Assembly (NCBI GenBank): GCA_002104945.1
Contig: MCFH01000007.1
Coordinates: 1,183,294 to 1,247,293, forward strand
DNA from: Piromyces finnis finn
Lineage: Eukaryota; Fungi; Neocallimastigomycota
Direction: 5' to 3'
Length of the DNA stretch: 64,000 nucleotides
Below are positions 25,001 through 35,904 of the stretch, one piece after another. Made by a program: the position numbers and the translations under genes. The notes under the pieces are model-generated. The model made no database searches and was not told where the DNA came from. It worked only from the letters and a program-made list of their open reading frames with translations. Position 1 is the first letter of the stretch. Every line of letters begins with the position of its first letter.

Positions 25001-27934
25001 AGTATTGGTTTTTATAATCGTAAAAATGGTCAATTAATTAAAGAACATATGTTGGATAACAATAAAAATATTTCTTCCACTATCTACTACGAATATTCCA
25101 ATGAGCATCAAGCTTTCCCAAAAAAGATTTACAAGTTACACGGTGAAATTAGTAGTGCAAATTACCGTGATTTCATTCAAATCAGTAAGTCACCAGAGCT
25201 TTATGAAGAACAATACCTTACTAGTAATGAGCTTTCCCTAATTACTATGTCAATACTTCATGTCGTCAGTAGTAGTGGTGAAAAAATAGATATTCAAGTC
25301 AATTATACTTATGATCATGCTAATACTACATTGTCTTATGCTCAACACCTCTTTACTACTTATAAATGTATGAGTGAAATGTGGGTTATGGTTGTATACT
25401 ATTCTGAAAGATGGAGAAATGACGATTTTGGAAAAGATATTCCACCAAAGTTAAAAGAAGTTCATTTTTGCCGTTTAAGTGATCCTCAAACGGAATTTGT
25501 TACTGAATTCGATTACTCTCATCCACAACATGTCAAAAATAAGACAACTATGCTTTCAAAAGATTCTAAATTTAATCCAATATCTGTTCCAACACCGAAA
25601 GAAGTAGCTGAAGATCCATATTTCCTTTTAAAAAGACGTCCACCACAATCCTATTATTTCAGTAATGAACTTCTCACTTCTCGTCTTAAAGAATCTAAAT
25701 CCTTCAACCCATTTTCAAATACATCAAAGCATTCCTTTTATACTAAACCATTTAGTACTGCTCGTAGTCGTCAAGAATTATGGAGTTTTTGGAGAGCTGG
25801 TAATCTTCCAGGTGTCTATGCTCGTGATATTGATGAAGACATTTTACGTAAAGAAAACGCTCTTAAATCTTATTGGAAGCATCGTGATATGGGTTATCGT
25901 GAAAAAGCTCGCAAAGACCTTCAAAAAGAAAAAGAAGTTCTTGATGTTATCTTAATTGTTAATGATATTCCAACTATCCGTTCTAACCTTCACTTACGTT
26001 TCAGTGATCTAGCAATTTTGGCCACTGGTGGAGATGCAACTGAAATTTCATCCTCAAAAGATTTGGTAGTACAAAATGCCAAGAATTTTGCTGCCAGTCA
26101 CAGCATGTCTTACTTCTCTACTATTTCACATTCTAGATCAAAAGTTGCTAAACCTAACGTTACATTATTATCAATTAATCGTGGTCATACAATTACTATT
26201 AGTGAAGATGAAGGCAATGATGATATTTTAGATGTTGTCAATTTAGATAGTGGTACATGGCCAACTGGTGGTGGTGGTGTTGGTAGTTGTCGTAGGGATT
26301 TAATTGATTATTTAGACCGTATTCGTTGGACAGCTATTGTTGAAATTGGTGGTGCTGAATTAGTTCAACGTGATTATCAAATTGAAAGAAACATCACTTC
26401 TATCCGTTATCTCCCTCTCTGGGATAATGATTTCTCTTCACCAAACGAAAATGTCTATCGTGAACATGATTATCTTTCATTACGTAGAAAAACACAAGCA
26501 ACCAGAGATAATATTATTCAATCTATTTTCATTCCAATGGTTAAACTTCTTATTCAAGGTATGATAGAAACCAAATTTACTGAAGATAACTTGGACTGCT
26601 ATGAAAAGCTTTTCATTGATATGTACCTATACTTCCAAAAATGTGATTGGTCAATCTCATGGAATCATAAAAAAACACAAATTGTATGGTTAAAAACATG
26701 GTTAGAATACTGTGAAAAGGAATTAAGTAAGGGCAACTCTTTAAGTGTAGAAATGCCAACTGTTTCTGAAATAGATATGCTCTTCTCTCTTACCACACGT
26801 TTATTATTACCAATTACTGCTGAAATTCCAAATATATCTGTTTTTCATGCTTCTCACCATGGTGTTCAAGCCATTATTGGCGTTGTTGCCAAAGCTTTAT
26901 ATAAGTCAAGACTAATTATTTGGGATCATGGTATATTATGGCGTGAGCGTCTGTTTGGTTTATGTTATAGTGATACTATGCCAAGATTTATTCAAAACGG
27001 TTTTGTTGGATTAACGCGCTTAATTTCTTATTTAGTCTATAGTAAGGCTGATTATATTACACCATGTACCAGTATTCAAAATGTTACATGGGAAGAATGG
27101 TTAAGTGGTAAAAAATATAATAATCAAAGAAAAATGATTGAAGCTCGTGAAAAAATTTATCCTATTGTTAATGGTATGAATGTTGCAAAGTTTAATCCAA
27201 ATCCAGAACGTGAATTTTCAACACCATTAGCAGTTATGCTTTCTCATATTAGTTCTGTTAAGGATATTCACAATGCTATCTATTCAGCTAATATTATTGT
27301 TAACAAAATGGGTATACATAGCTATAAACTTCATATTTATGGTTCTCTTCAAAAAGATCCAAATTATACTGCTGAAACACTTAATCTTATTTCTTCTTTG
27401 AATTTAACTGAAAATGTAATTTTGAAGGGTTTAGGTAATCCATCCAATGTTCTTCCAACTGGATGGGTCTTTGTTAATTCTTCCATTACTGAAGGTTTAC
27501 CATTGGCTATTGGGGAAGCTGGTTTATGTGGATTACCTGTAGTATGTACAGATGTTGGTGGTTCTCGAGAAGTTGTTTCTGATCTTAAAAATAATATAGT
27601 CTATGGTAAGATTGTACCACCACAGAAACCAAATCAATTAGCCATTGCTCAATTATCTGTCCTTTGTATGACAGATGGTCTACAACAGATTGTAAATAAA
27701 AAATCAAAAGATACATTAACAATTGAAGAATTAATAAAGAAGGGCCAAGATGCTATTGAAGCACGTATGAAAGATCCATTAATAAAAGAAAGTCGACGTG
27801 AATTAGGTCTTCTATTAAGAAAAAGAACCATTGAAAAATTCTCAATCACAAGATACTGGAGACAACATGAACAATTATTATGGTTAGGACATTTATCCAA
27901 TAAACGTGAAAAGCTAATGAATATGTACAGTTAG
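19055..27934 (+). CDS. Giant intronless multipass membrane glycosyltransferase, GT4 family (PelF/DUF3492-type C-terminus; Gtb3/Gt4c-like architecture)
   Basis: 2959-aa ORF with roughly 12-13 hydrophobic segments at about aa 915-1470. The C-terminal ~560 aa carry GTWPTGGGGVGS (cf. PelF GTYPYVxGGVSSW), HASHHG, IWDHGILWRER (cf. PelF TEHGIYxRER), SVKD, the GT-B EX7E motif TEGLPLAIGE, and CTDVGGSREVV. Confidence 0.85.
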   Translation: MGNETNISNYKWQICYKKPLFNGEEIENFAIWNSDLNYLNEVKNPVDILIIQYHAFYRSISNNGSYDSLSVDSGPIDSVTLDIDNYNGKPPMSAYTKDRFIAKNISNEALLSKLDSNKYSQSNLERMDNSNLPQSDYNTNLTGFNNISLCVDTEVLYGSKRILVDVDISEFIRSYAGKITTLTIGKYITKKIKKLIDISSINWIWGFYFSNLQNLIDKYGIENCQQFLFIFRKAFPYYAIFTDIKKLDVFEEIRDLIHGIILYNVVFHQDGKQKSRWEWGNMKFQDYIAALRNEISLRTDFIVLDAEVLPPEKNQSFHHYQRRRYYRKWIMGNNFKGWISFDPEFNSLKCIGPPEFPLVNDLDIYEMCTSTEVKSCRNLILNILPQLDWKDKLLNHYIWKKVLRETDFPKDITDRIPSINNVTQIELSDVLICQPSKPELPSINDVIGKTNNQKTSKKSNSDLLWSESGIEGSSNHLWKQINQTHRVFSTTAIGKTYGNERRKQVEIKLIDIMINLLEKNLLKSINVSTSGNTNQSMSIINNSMVSLSDDEYELQPEMEEIIDFIDSIIKNPSPLVVRILNEVFGGYDVAIEHFKELNENLLNNNISIYIGTNSSFILKENPDELPYKKVWAIMGLDDNEKLYIFVPENCPNIVELVINCYFRRFFYHDSGKCLLLESLIVAQENPEYLPISHRVFYEIENSSYSELFYFIRNTYLIQNSMENKIQNQIERELLSAYASYICDYSHHLLVEKFDYYDKIKEQVKIGYEPLHEPEKEMYDLVAYCSLDPLGDRLIKEFSKRIENSMIKNCYPANSSEALALSYLFMLFWKACRRVAWLNMESSLITMNPSFIPDYDQVAVAMEMITTQSNLNMMFDLNSHQLASYMHPILRNNVKESREIKENLVVESMDKGTDTKKARQLANAFLFVYPVIIDLILVRWIGSGIFINGYMDNTTKDVLNFIFIFIFPVCGGLMNSIARTCTFYYFYKSFSLMTAAFLRRYSASLIILSIVSIGIGIASLFRTGYDITYMFLFMIYAFLFGHYLILFSILGSIKDINIWIFKNKGPSIALLGSAILLIPNLFCYYIFNDSTHSKLILSIYDIGFIISNLFMLFGYRRLSRNYLNFTNKIKIPTKEEIQEYYAIDNPKPTIFVDETQKNYMKRIALWERSARIYYMNKINKAKKAVKKNNNSIIHERLKQKPYEEELMGWYIQRSGSTAPLKYSNEWDTMLKCALEELKKKIQVEKINRGDLLFDFERVVIYFGIFYFIYIFIDKWALLFLEGKPYLFLPKRLAAKKEIPFEDYLNGSLYATLFMLICSGFLELTLSRVLSCKNKEKNSRLGWFTSKEMISQYKKDDIYVYKNELVKFLLVIIVMLGGMTGIILFLHGYKRSVLETYGIVAFGFVGFLIGLYHKLFFYSRECEVRLNKFLIVIVILCIGFSAFLKYYCKTLFYSFYATCVGGWLFCLCTVFIYYGGFNSDVHYSVNLSPHLASSGQRFIGQKNDLLARENLEIYLRKIPSKNFITPSEILLKSVYAMILDAKDRFRNLSSRNILKICFPDSEDLLQNIYESFYNGSIKVKIAPEETFNIRGQRYCAISFKNKVKNVLDIYTFLPPIANDYIGDQIDPKLIEWVASSVIHEYAEQNAGYSHAEAAILELLIKDGEKLSELPIRYQYQICVSDKRELKKLIYGYVELEKRKALLDIDIDCEWEKLQRNTKLFLIQLNTIWYKYINRISKKYNIESISINGKIPSDLTKLLHKKHNNNMKINQIIAFSVLSIYVARRVGDLCLNEKLPKEIMVHKRSLKKQASKELFNRRYSISRSISRKLPKKDKRENKYNVTSITNTRSKFVEQLEELEFIIYLAFTGDNRFGREFSTTNHFYITRLILSTIFKISTKIRWILTKKFYLNEKNIKNLLERMKKGSFRDHYYNKERQIVRIDSYNTSLSNVVSLVESNREGYLIATRYFQNKATADWKPTSKDKPFSIGFYNRKNGQLIKEHMLDNNKNISSTIYYEYSNEHQAFPKKIYKLHGEISSANYRDFIQISKSPELYEEQYLTSNELSLITMSILHVVSSSGEKIDIQVNYTYDHANTTLSYAQHLFTTYKCMSEMWVMVVYYSERWRNDDFGKDIPPKLKEVHFCRLSDPQTEFVTEFDYSHPQHVKNKTTMLSKDSKFNPISVPTPKEVAEDPYFLLKRRPPQSYYFSNELLTSRLKESKSFNPFSNTSKHSFYTKPFSTARSRQELWSFWRAGNLPGVYARDIDEDILRKENALKSYWKHRDMGYREKARKDLQKEKEVLDVILIVNDIPTIRSNLHLRFSDLAILATGGDATEISSSKDLVVQNAKNFAASHSMSYFSTISHSRSKVAKPNVTLLSINRGHTITISEDEGNDDILDVVNLDSGTWPTGGGGVGSCRRDLIDYLDRIRWTAIVEIGGAELVQRDYQIERNITSIRYLPLWDNDFSSPNENVYREHDYLSLRRKTQATRDNIIQSIFIPMVKLLIQGMIETKFTEDNLDCYEKLFIDMYLYFQKCDWSISWNHKKTQIVWLKTWLEYCEKELSKGNSLSVEMPTVSEIDMLFSLTTRLLLPITAEIPNISVFHASHHGVQAIIGVVAKALYKSRLIIWDHGILWRERLFGLCYSDTMPRFIQNGFVGLTRLISYLVYSKADYITPCTSIQNVTWEEWLSGKKYNNQRKMIEAREKIYPIVNGMNVAKFNPNPEREFSTPLAVMLSHISSVKDIHNAIYSANIIVNKMGIHSYKLHIYGSLQKDPNYTAETLNLISSLNLTENVILKGLGNPSNVLPTGWVFVNSSITEGLPLAIGEAGLCGLPVVCTDVGGSREVVSDLKNNIVYGKIVPPQKPNQLAIAQLSVLCMTDGLQQIVNKKSKDTLTIEELIKKGQDAIEARMKDPLIKESRRELGLLLRKRTIEKFSITRYWRQHEQLLWLGHLSNKREKLMNMYS

Positions 27935-28792
27935 GATAATTAGATTTAAAAAATTTTTAAAAAAAGAAAAAAAAAAAATTAACATAAATATATCACATAA
28001 TTAATTAAAAAAAATATTACCATTTTTTATAATCATTAATACTATAATTAAATTATTATATCTATTCACAACCATTTTTTATAATTAATATTATTAAGTT
28101 ATTATATTTATTCATATTTTATAAAATATTTATTGTATTTATTTATAATATTTTAATTTTTGAGATCTATTAAATAAATTTATTAATAAATAAATTATTT
28201 CTTTTCTTATGCATATCTTTTTAATTTTAATAAAATTTTAATCAATTAATAATATATATAATAATTATATATTAACTGAAAGTAATATAAAATAATAAAA
28301 AATAAATATAAAAGGAATAAAATTAGATATATAAAAGCATTTCAAATGTTTTATTATATATATTTTCTTTGTCAATGGTATATATCCTATTATTATGTAT
28401 ATATTATATCATTATTATTTATTAATTTATTAATTTCTTTTTTTTTATTTATTTTTTTATTTATAAATACAAAATAATTAATTTTTTTCTTTTATGACTA
28501 TATATATAAACATAAATATATTTATATAATAAGAAAATTGATAATAATGTTTTCTATTATGGAAAAAAATATATAATAAATTATTGACTTTTATATTTTA
28601 ATCCTAAATTTCAATACAAACCTCTAATTAATATATAATTATAATTAAAAAAATTATTCAACTAAAACAAAAAAATTAATAATATATTGATTAGAAAATA
28701 AAAAAAAAAAAAAAAAAAAACTGAAAAACAATTATAAATATTAAAAGAAATATAAAAAAAAAAACATTATATTTATATTAATTAATAATTTA

Positions 28793-29650
28793 TTATTGTA
28801 TTAAACAACAACATTTACTGGTTTTTTCTTGTTTTCCATTTGATTCTATTTGTGCTGATTTTGTGATAACTTCAGGTTTAGGGGTATTAATATCTTTTTC
28901 TTTTTGCGCTGTATTATCTGAAGCTTCTTTATTTTGTTTTACATTAGGAAAAACTATTTCTACGTTTTCATGGAATAAATTAGATGAAACAGTAGGCTGT
29001 TGAGTATTTGTCTGTTCTGATACCTTAGATTTATATTGGCCTGATAAAATAGCTCTTAAAAATCTAGGATAACTTTCTGTTTTCATCATTTCAAATGCTT
29101 TATTCATCGCAGGTAATAGAATATCAGGATGTAAATTGTTTCCATCATATATATATTGAGTTAAGCGGGATCTAATAACTTGGGATAAGTTTATTTCTTT
29201 AGGTGCACCAATTTGTATATAGCTACGTGAAATATCTTGTAATATATATGATAAATATTGTCTATCACCCTCTTCTAATTGTTTTGTTTGTTGTTGATGT
29301 GCTAGGTTTTGCTGACTAGAGTAATCTGATTGCAAATTTCCATTTTTTATTTTATCGAATTCAAGGTATCTACTTCCTTGATTAGACGACGATTCTTGAT
29401 CTTCACTATTTCCTGCTGTTAATTTATTAAAACGCTTTAAGGCTTCTGTTCTATAAATGCATGCTTCTGAATAAAAATCTACGTTATCGTGACTAAGTTC
29501 TGTTAAACAAAATGCACGATAATCAGCATAACTATATGGTGGTGGGAATTTATTAGTTAATATTCCTCTAAGTGGATATTTTGAACGTTGTTCTGACTCC
29601 TCATTATTACCGACTTTATTTGTTGATGTATTATTACCATCTCCATCCAT
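28793..29650 (-). CDS. RGS-domain protein (regulator of G-protein signalling) with C-terminal CCC-LIQ lipidation motif, intronless
   Basis: RGS motifs YRAFCLTELSHDNVDFY, YIQIGAPKEINLS and MMKTESYPRFL; the protein ends KTSKCCCLIQ*. Confidence 0.9.
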   Translation of the reverse strand: MDGDGNNTSTNKVGNNEESEQRSKYPLRGILTNKFPPPYSYADYRAFCLTELSHDNVDFYSEACIYRTEALKRFNKLTAGNSEDQESSSNQGSRYLEFDKIKNGNLQSDYSSQQNLAHQQQTKQLEEGDRQYLSYILQDISRSYIQIGAPKEINLSQVIRSRLTQYIYDGNNLHPDILLPAMNKAFEMMKTESYPRFLRAILSGQYKSKVSEQTNTQQPTVSSNLFHENVEIVFPNVKQNKEASDNTAQKEKDINTPKPEVITKSAQIESNGKQEKTSKCCCLIQ

Positions 29651-31565
29651 TATAAAAACTGAATATTTATTCTTTATTCTTTAAATATATATATATTTAT
29701 TTATATATATAACTATTTCAATATTTTTATAAAATATTAAAATTCTCCAATCTTTTTCTTTTTTTTTTTTTTTTTCTTATTCTTTCTATATATAAACTAG
29801 TAAAGATATAAAAATAATATTTCAAGATATTTTCTTTATTTAATCTTCCTATTATTTTTAAAAGTACATATATATATTGTATATTTGAAATAGATATAAT
29901 TTCCGATTTATTGGTTTATCAATAATACCATTATATAAAATGTAAAATATATATAAAAAAATAGTTATAAGTAAAATATAAATTATATATCTTTAAAATA
30001 ATTATATTTAATAATAATTAGTATTAAGTGAAGTTAATAATATGTAATAACGATGTCATTTTATATTTTATTAACTTATTGATATTGCAAACTTATAAAT
30101 TTGTTTTTGTTTTTTGAAAATTTTTTTATGAATTTAAAAAATTTTTAAAATTTATTTCTTATATTAATATTTGAAATACTTATTACAACTACTAATTAAT
30201 ATAATATCTTTCTTTCAATAATCTTTTATGCTTTCACTTCAAGATAATCCTATTATGAAATGAATATTTTTAATGGATTATATTAAATTAATAAATTAAT
30301 GAATTAAATAAATATTCCAATTTTTAATTCAGTTATATCTTGTTTCTTCATATATATAATTATGAATTTTTGAAAAACTCGTATATTAGTCATTAACTAT
30401 TTTAAAAAAAATTTACAAGTATTTTTATTTTTATTATATTTTATCTCTAATATTTATGTAATATGAATTTTTAATAAAATTATTAATCCTCTTTTTTTTT
30501 TTCCTTTTTTATTGAAATCTCGATATTATTTTTAAGACAATAATAGTATTTACAAATAAATCATTATATTTAAATAAGATCGGTCTTTAATTGTTCAAAG
30601 TTAATGATTCATAATTCTTTATTACAATAATAGGTTTTATTTTTATAAATAATTTATTATATTTTATATGATATAATTATAGTAATATTATTTTGGAACT
30701 TTCTAATGAATAAGTAATAATAAATAAAATGATATTTAATTACTTTTCTTATTATCAATTCTATATTCAATAATTCAATAATAATAATCTAAATGTTTCT
30801 TAGAAACTTATTATAATCACAATTCTTACTTTTTTTTAGACAAAATTTTATATAATAATTTCTCTGTATTTTTTCTTTACTTTTTTTTTTTTTTTTTGAA
30901 AATGAATACAAACTTTATTAATAACAAAATTATAATTAGATTCTATTTTTCATTTAAATAATAATTATTTTAATTACTACCAACCACTATAATATTTGTT
31001 CAAAAAATAGATTTTATTATAATTTTATTACATAAATAAAAAAAAGCATTATAACAATCATTTATCTCATATATATAATTGTTATTTTATTTTTCTTTAT
31101 ATACAATTAAAATTTTATTTGTTATAATTATAAAAAATATATATGCATTAAATTTTCTTTATTTTTAACTTTATATTATTTCTCCTTAAATTCTTAATAT
31201 TTATAATTATGGATTAAACATAATTAAAACATAAATAGATTAAACTTAATTCTATATAAATGAAAATACTATACAATTTAAAATTTAAAAATTACAAACC
31301 ATATTTTTATATAACAATTTTTTTTTTAGAGTATCAATAATTTAAATTTTTATTATTATATGAAAAAAATAAAAAAGTTTATATATATAGTTTTAAAATT
31401 GACTAAATTTTTATTTTTTTTTGTTTATGTAATCTTTTAGTTTTTCAATTTTAAGTTTAATATTTTTTATGTTTTGTATTTAAGAAAGAAAAAAGCATTA
31501 TTGTTGTTAATACACTATAAATAATTTTTTTTTAACTTATTTATATGAAGTAAATGAATACTAAT

Positions 31566-31566
<1 letters not shown>

Positions 31567-31606
<40 letters not shown>
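31567..31606. repeat. Poly(A) run, 40 nt
   Basis: Directly visible homopolymer, one of many A/T runs in the spacers. Confidence 0.9.
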
Positions 31607-31610
<4 letters not shown>

Positions 31611-32329
31611 TTAGATTAGTTTTAAATAAGAAAATAAAATATCAAGATTTTATTATATGTTTTTTTAATATACTCTTTCTATAAATAAAAATCATTATAC
31701 ATAAATATTTATTATCAATTAAATAATTAACTTTATTTTTATAGTAAAGTTTATATTATCAATAAAAATTTTCTAAAATTAGAATTAAGTTATAAGATTA
31801 TTATTATATTGGTATTATCTATATCATATTAATATAATTAATCCCATTCACTTTATCAAAACAATAAAAAAACTTCTATTAAAATAAAAAAGAGCTGTAT
31901 ATAATAATGATTTTTTTTTATACTTATATATTTGCTAGACATAATTTATTGATGATTTATATATATATATATATATATAAAAATTGAAATAAACTAAATA
32001 TTTATTAAATAAAATTTAAATATACTAAAAAAAAAATTGATTTAATGCTTGCTTAGGAATATAGAGTTTACTTTTTGTTATCATTATTTATTTAATATTT
32101 TTTTATTCTTATTATTCTTATATTGTTTTGATTTTAATTTTAATTTATTAGAACAAAAAAAAATTCAATTGATGTTTTTTAATTATCTTTTTAATATTAT
32201 TATTACTATTTTTAATAATAATAATAAAACCAATTTTTAAAAGCTTATAAAGAACTTAGAACATTTGTTTCTATAATTTCTTTTTTTTTTATAAATATTA
32301 GTATAATTATAAGCAATTAAATTTTCTAT

Positions 32330-34052
32330 TTAAACAACAGTTAAAACTTGTCCACCTTCATAAATAGCATCAACATCAAGCTCAATTGGTTGATAGACGC
32401 TACCAACTAATTAAATTTTATATATAAACTTTAATCAATATATATTTTCAATTAATTAAAAAAATTTATATATACGAAAAAAGTTGTTTTTTTTTTTTTT
32501 TACCTTCAAAACAGAACATCTTTTTATTGTTATTATAATTAATAATATATATATATATATTTTATTTAATTCATATGAAAATCAACTAATTATTATATAT
32601 ATTATTATTAATAATAATATTATTTAATGATGGTTATTACATTTGGGTAGCTTTCTTCACCAAAATCAGCCATTCTTTTTGATTTTTCAATCCATGGATT
32701 CCAAACAACAATATCTGGTAAAGTACATTTTTCAGCGATAATATCATTCTTAAAACCGGTTTGTAATTTAAATGATTTTTGATTTACGTCATAATAAATG
32801 CTATCGACTTCTTTTTGGAAAACAATTTTTTGTCTGTCTTCCATCTTCTTTTCGCCATTACCTTCTGGTGAAGTATCAATATAGTTGTAATTTTTTAAAC
32901 CATGAACACCGGCTTCAGTTAAATCCTAATAATATAAAAAATTTTAATTTTATTTTATTTTTTTTATTAGATAATTAAATACATTTATTCTGTGAATTAT
33001 TATTTATATAAGAAGATATAAATTTTAAATAGTAAAGCTTAATTATAATGTACCTTAACATTAAAGTAGGTGTGTAAAAGGGTATTGAATAACCATGGTT
33101 CATTACCAGTATTCTTAATCTTTATCTTAGTACTTAATGATTTTCCTTTTTGTAATAATAATTATTTGTTTTATATAATATTTTTTAAATATGCGTTTAG
33201 AATATTTATTGTTATTTTTATAATTATTCTTATTTTACCATCTAAAAGGACGGTATAAACTAATTTAAATTGGTGTGGCCAAATTTCAAGATATTTTTTG
33301 TTAATTTCCTTGTCGGTTAAAACTATTAATATTGATGAATTAATAATGCTTAGATATTTGATATATATATATTATAAATTAAAATAAAATATATATATAA
33401 ATAAAGAATATTATTACTAAATGAAACTTCCTTTCTGTCAGGAGTGTTAATATTTATACCACCCCATTTCCAAGTAGAAATTCTAGCAAAACCTATTTTA
33501 ATTTGATATATGTTATTAAAAAAAAAAATCTCCTTTAATTATTAAAATTTAAACAATAAAGGAAATATGTTACCATGAGATGGGAGGTCTGTAGTTAGTT
33601 TAGTATTAAATTGAGGGAAAACTATAGGAATACCACCACGAATGGCTTTAGAGCCATTTAAAATAGCTTTTTTACTTGTATTAAAATTAAAGAATTAAAT
33701 TAAAAATATTGATTTAGTATAAAGACACAATTTCAAAAATAATTTTTTCTAGTTAATAATGAATGATTAATTTTTTTTTTACCTTAAGAAAATTCTCTCT
33801 TGACCTTCAACAATCCATGAAGTTAAAGTAGCGCCATACATGTATACCTTTATTATTTAAATTTATTAATATTTATTACTATCTTCATTTTTATATAAAT
33901 ATTTAAGATAATGAAAATTTTTAAAAGTTATTGACTATTTTTTTTAAAAAAAAAATAAATAAATAAATTACCTCAGCAGAAGCGATAGTGTTGTTAATTT
34001 TAACTTTAATTAAATTACCGTTATCGTCTCTTATTAAATCAATTCCACTCAT
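32330..34052 (-). CDS. Glucose-6-phosphate 1-epimerase (aldose 1-epimerase family), multi-exon
   Basis: Spliced translation MSGIDLIRDDNGNLIKVKINNTIASAE|VYMYGATLTSW...KAIRGGIPIVFPQF...SHGFARISTW...NTLLHTYF...EVDSIY...DIVVWNPWIEKSKRMADFGEESYPN|MFCFE|VGSVYQPIEL...QVLTVV*. Contains the family motifs RGGIPxxFPQF, HGFAR, LHTYF and VVWNPW. Confidence 0.93.
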
Positions 34053-34909
34053 TTTCTACTTTATTTATAAGAAATTTTACAAAATATTATAATAAATGGA
34101 TTATACTTCAAATTATTTTACCTAATTTTAAATAAATAAAATAAAACTAAAAATATATATAATAATAAATTATAATAAAAAATAAGAAACATAAAAAAAT
34201 TAGTTTTCTATATAATAATGATTATAATATTATAATTTTATAATTCTTAACATCTACTTATTTATTTATAAGTACTGTATTATTTTTTTTTAAATGCATT
34301 ACAAGAAAAATACTATTAAACTTAATTAAATTAATTTATGATTGGCAACAGAAAATCAAATTTTGAATTATTTTATCTAATTAATTTAGATAAAAAATAA
34401 TTACATAAATGAATGATTTAATATAAAATAAAATTTATTAAATAATATTTTTCATTTTATAGATAAAATAAAATAATTTAATCTTAAAAAAAAAAAATAA
34501 ATTCTAATTTCAAAAAAAAAGGACTTTTTTTTTTGTATTTTGAATTAATATTGGTAGCTTTTTACAATATATATTATTGATTTTAGCTTTTATTACTACT
34601 ATTATTGTTATTATTATTTTTATTATTATTATTATTATTAAAATATTAATTATTATTAAGAAAAATATATGTATATATTTTAAATAATAATAGTACTATA
34701 CTACCTTTTTATAAGAAATATTAATTTATAAAAATTAATTTTATTTTAAAATAACTTAATATTTTTATTTAAAAAAAAATTTCTTTTATTTAAATATACT
34801 ATTACTGCATAATTATAAACCTATATTTATTATAATATACTATAACTTTTTTATAAAAAAAAAAAAAACATTAAATTAAAATATATATAACAATTGTTTA
34901 AAACTTTAT

Positions 34910-35904
34910 ATGGATAATAAAAGTAACAGCAATATAAGTAATATTGACCATCAAATTTTAGAATTCCTGTATTATGAATCAATAACTTTAACTATTGATT
35001 TTGTAGAAAATTATGTATTAAAAAATACTGATAATAATAATAAAACAATAAATAATAAAGATAAAGAAAGAAATTCAAAAAAAAAAATAGATGATATAAA
35101 CATAGTAATTAAATGTAAATGTTAATATAATCAGTTTTTATTATGGTTATTATTATATTTATCTATTTATTTATTTAAACATATCAATGTATATAATATA
35201 TAGCTTATTTAGATTCTCAAAAAATTACATTTAACAAAGAATTATTATGGAAAGGGAAATTATGTTCTTTGGTTAGTATGACCTTTAATCTTTCATCTCA
35301 TAAAGAAGTGAGTGAAAATTTTATAAATTTGTTTTTGAAAGTTTCTCAAAAATATATTAAAAAATTGAGTCAAACAGATTTTTGGTATGAACTTTTTCTG
35401 CTAATCCAAGTTCAGGTAATATTATGATAAAATATACATCTACATAAATGAATATATGTAAAGTATATATATTAAATAAATAATAAAATCAATAAAATAT
35501 TTAAGATAATTATTGAATTGAATGGTTCTATAAAACGACCAGTACCCATAATTACAAAAGCTGTATTCAATGAATATCAAAATCATGAAATAATTTCATT
35601 AATGCCTATTCATACACTGAAAAAATATTCAATAAAAAAAAATGAAATATTGAAAGAAGTAAATAATATTAATAATTCTTATTAATAATAACTTAAAATA
35701 AAATTATAACATCTAACACTATAATTTTTTTTTTCAATTATCTAAATAAAAACAAAATATTAGATGGAAAATAGCAACATGAATGAATTAATTATTAAGT
35801 ATTCATATAATCAATTTTTAGAAAAAATGACTTTTTATTTTAAATATTTATTAAAACATTTTAAAACTCCAAATCTTGTATTAAATAAACCAAAATTTTT
35901 ATAA
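34910..35904 (+). CDS. Hypothetical protein, about 4 exons
   Basis: Open GT-AG-bounded segments near 34910-35116, 35213-35415, 35507-35659 and 35764-35904 join in frame (...IVIKY|SQKITFNKELLWKGKLCSLV...FWYELFLLIQVQ|IIIELNGSIKRPVPIIT...|MENSN...KPKFL*). No family recognised. Confidence 0.5.

Noticed and set aside
9047-27900. Short ORF-track entries overlapping the dipeptidase, receptor and GT genes (e.g. 9047-9241, 15498-15713, 20340-20582, 21478-21678, 22314-22532, 24448-24645, 25665-25955, 26370-26564, 27649-27900)
   Set aside because: Antisense or off-frame shadows of well-supported longer genes, with no motifs.
31567-31606. 40-nt poly(A) as a retro-insertion tail
   Set aside because: No upstream element-like sequence or TSD; long A/T runs are ubiquitous in this window.
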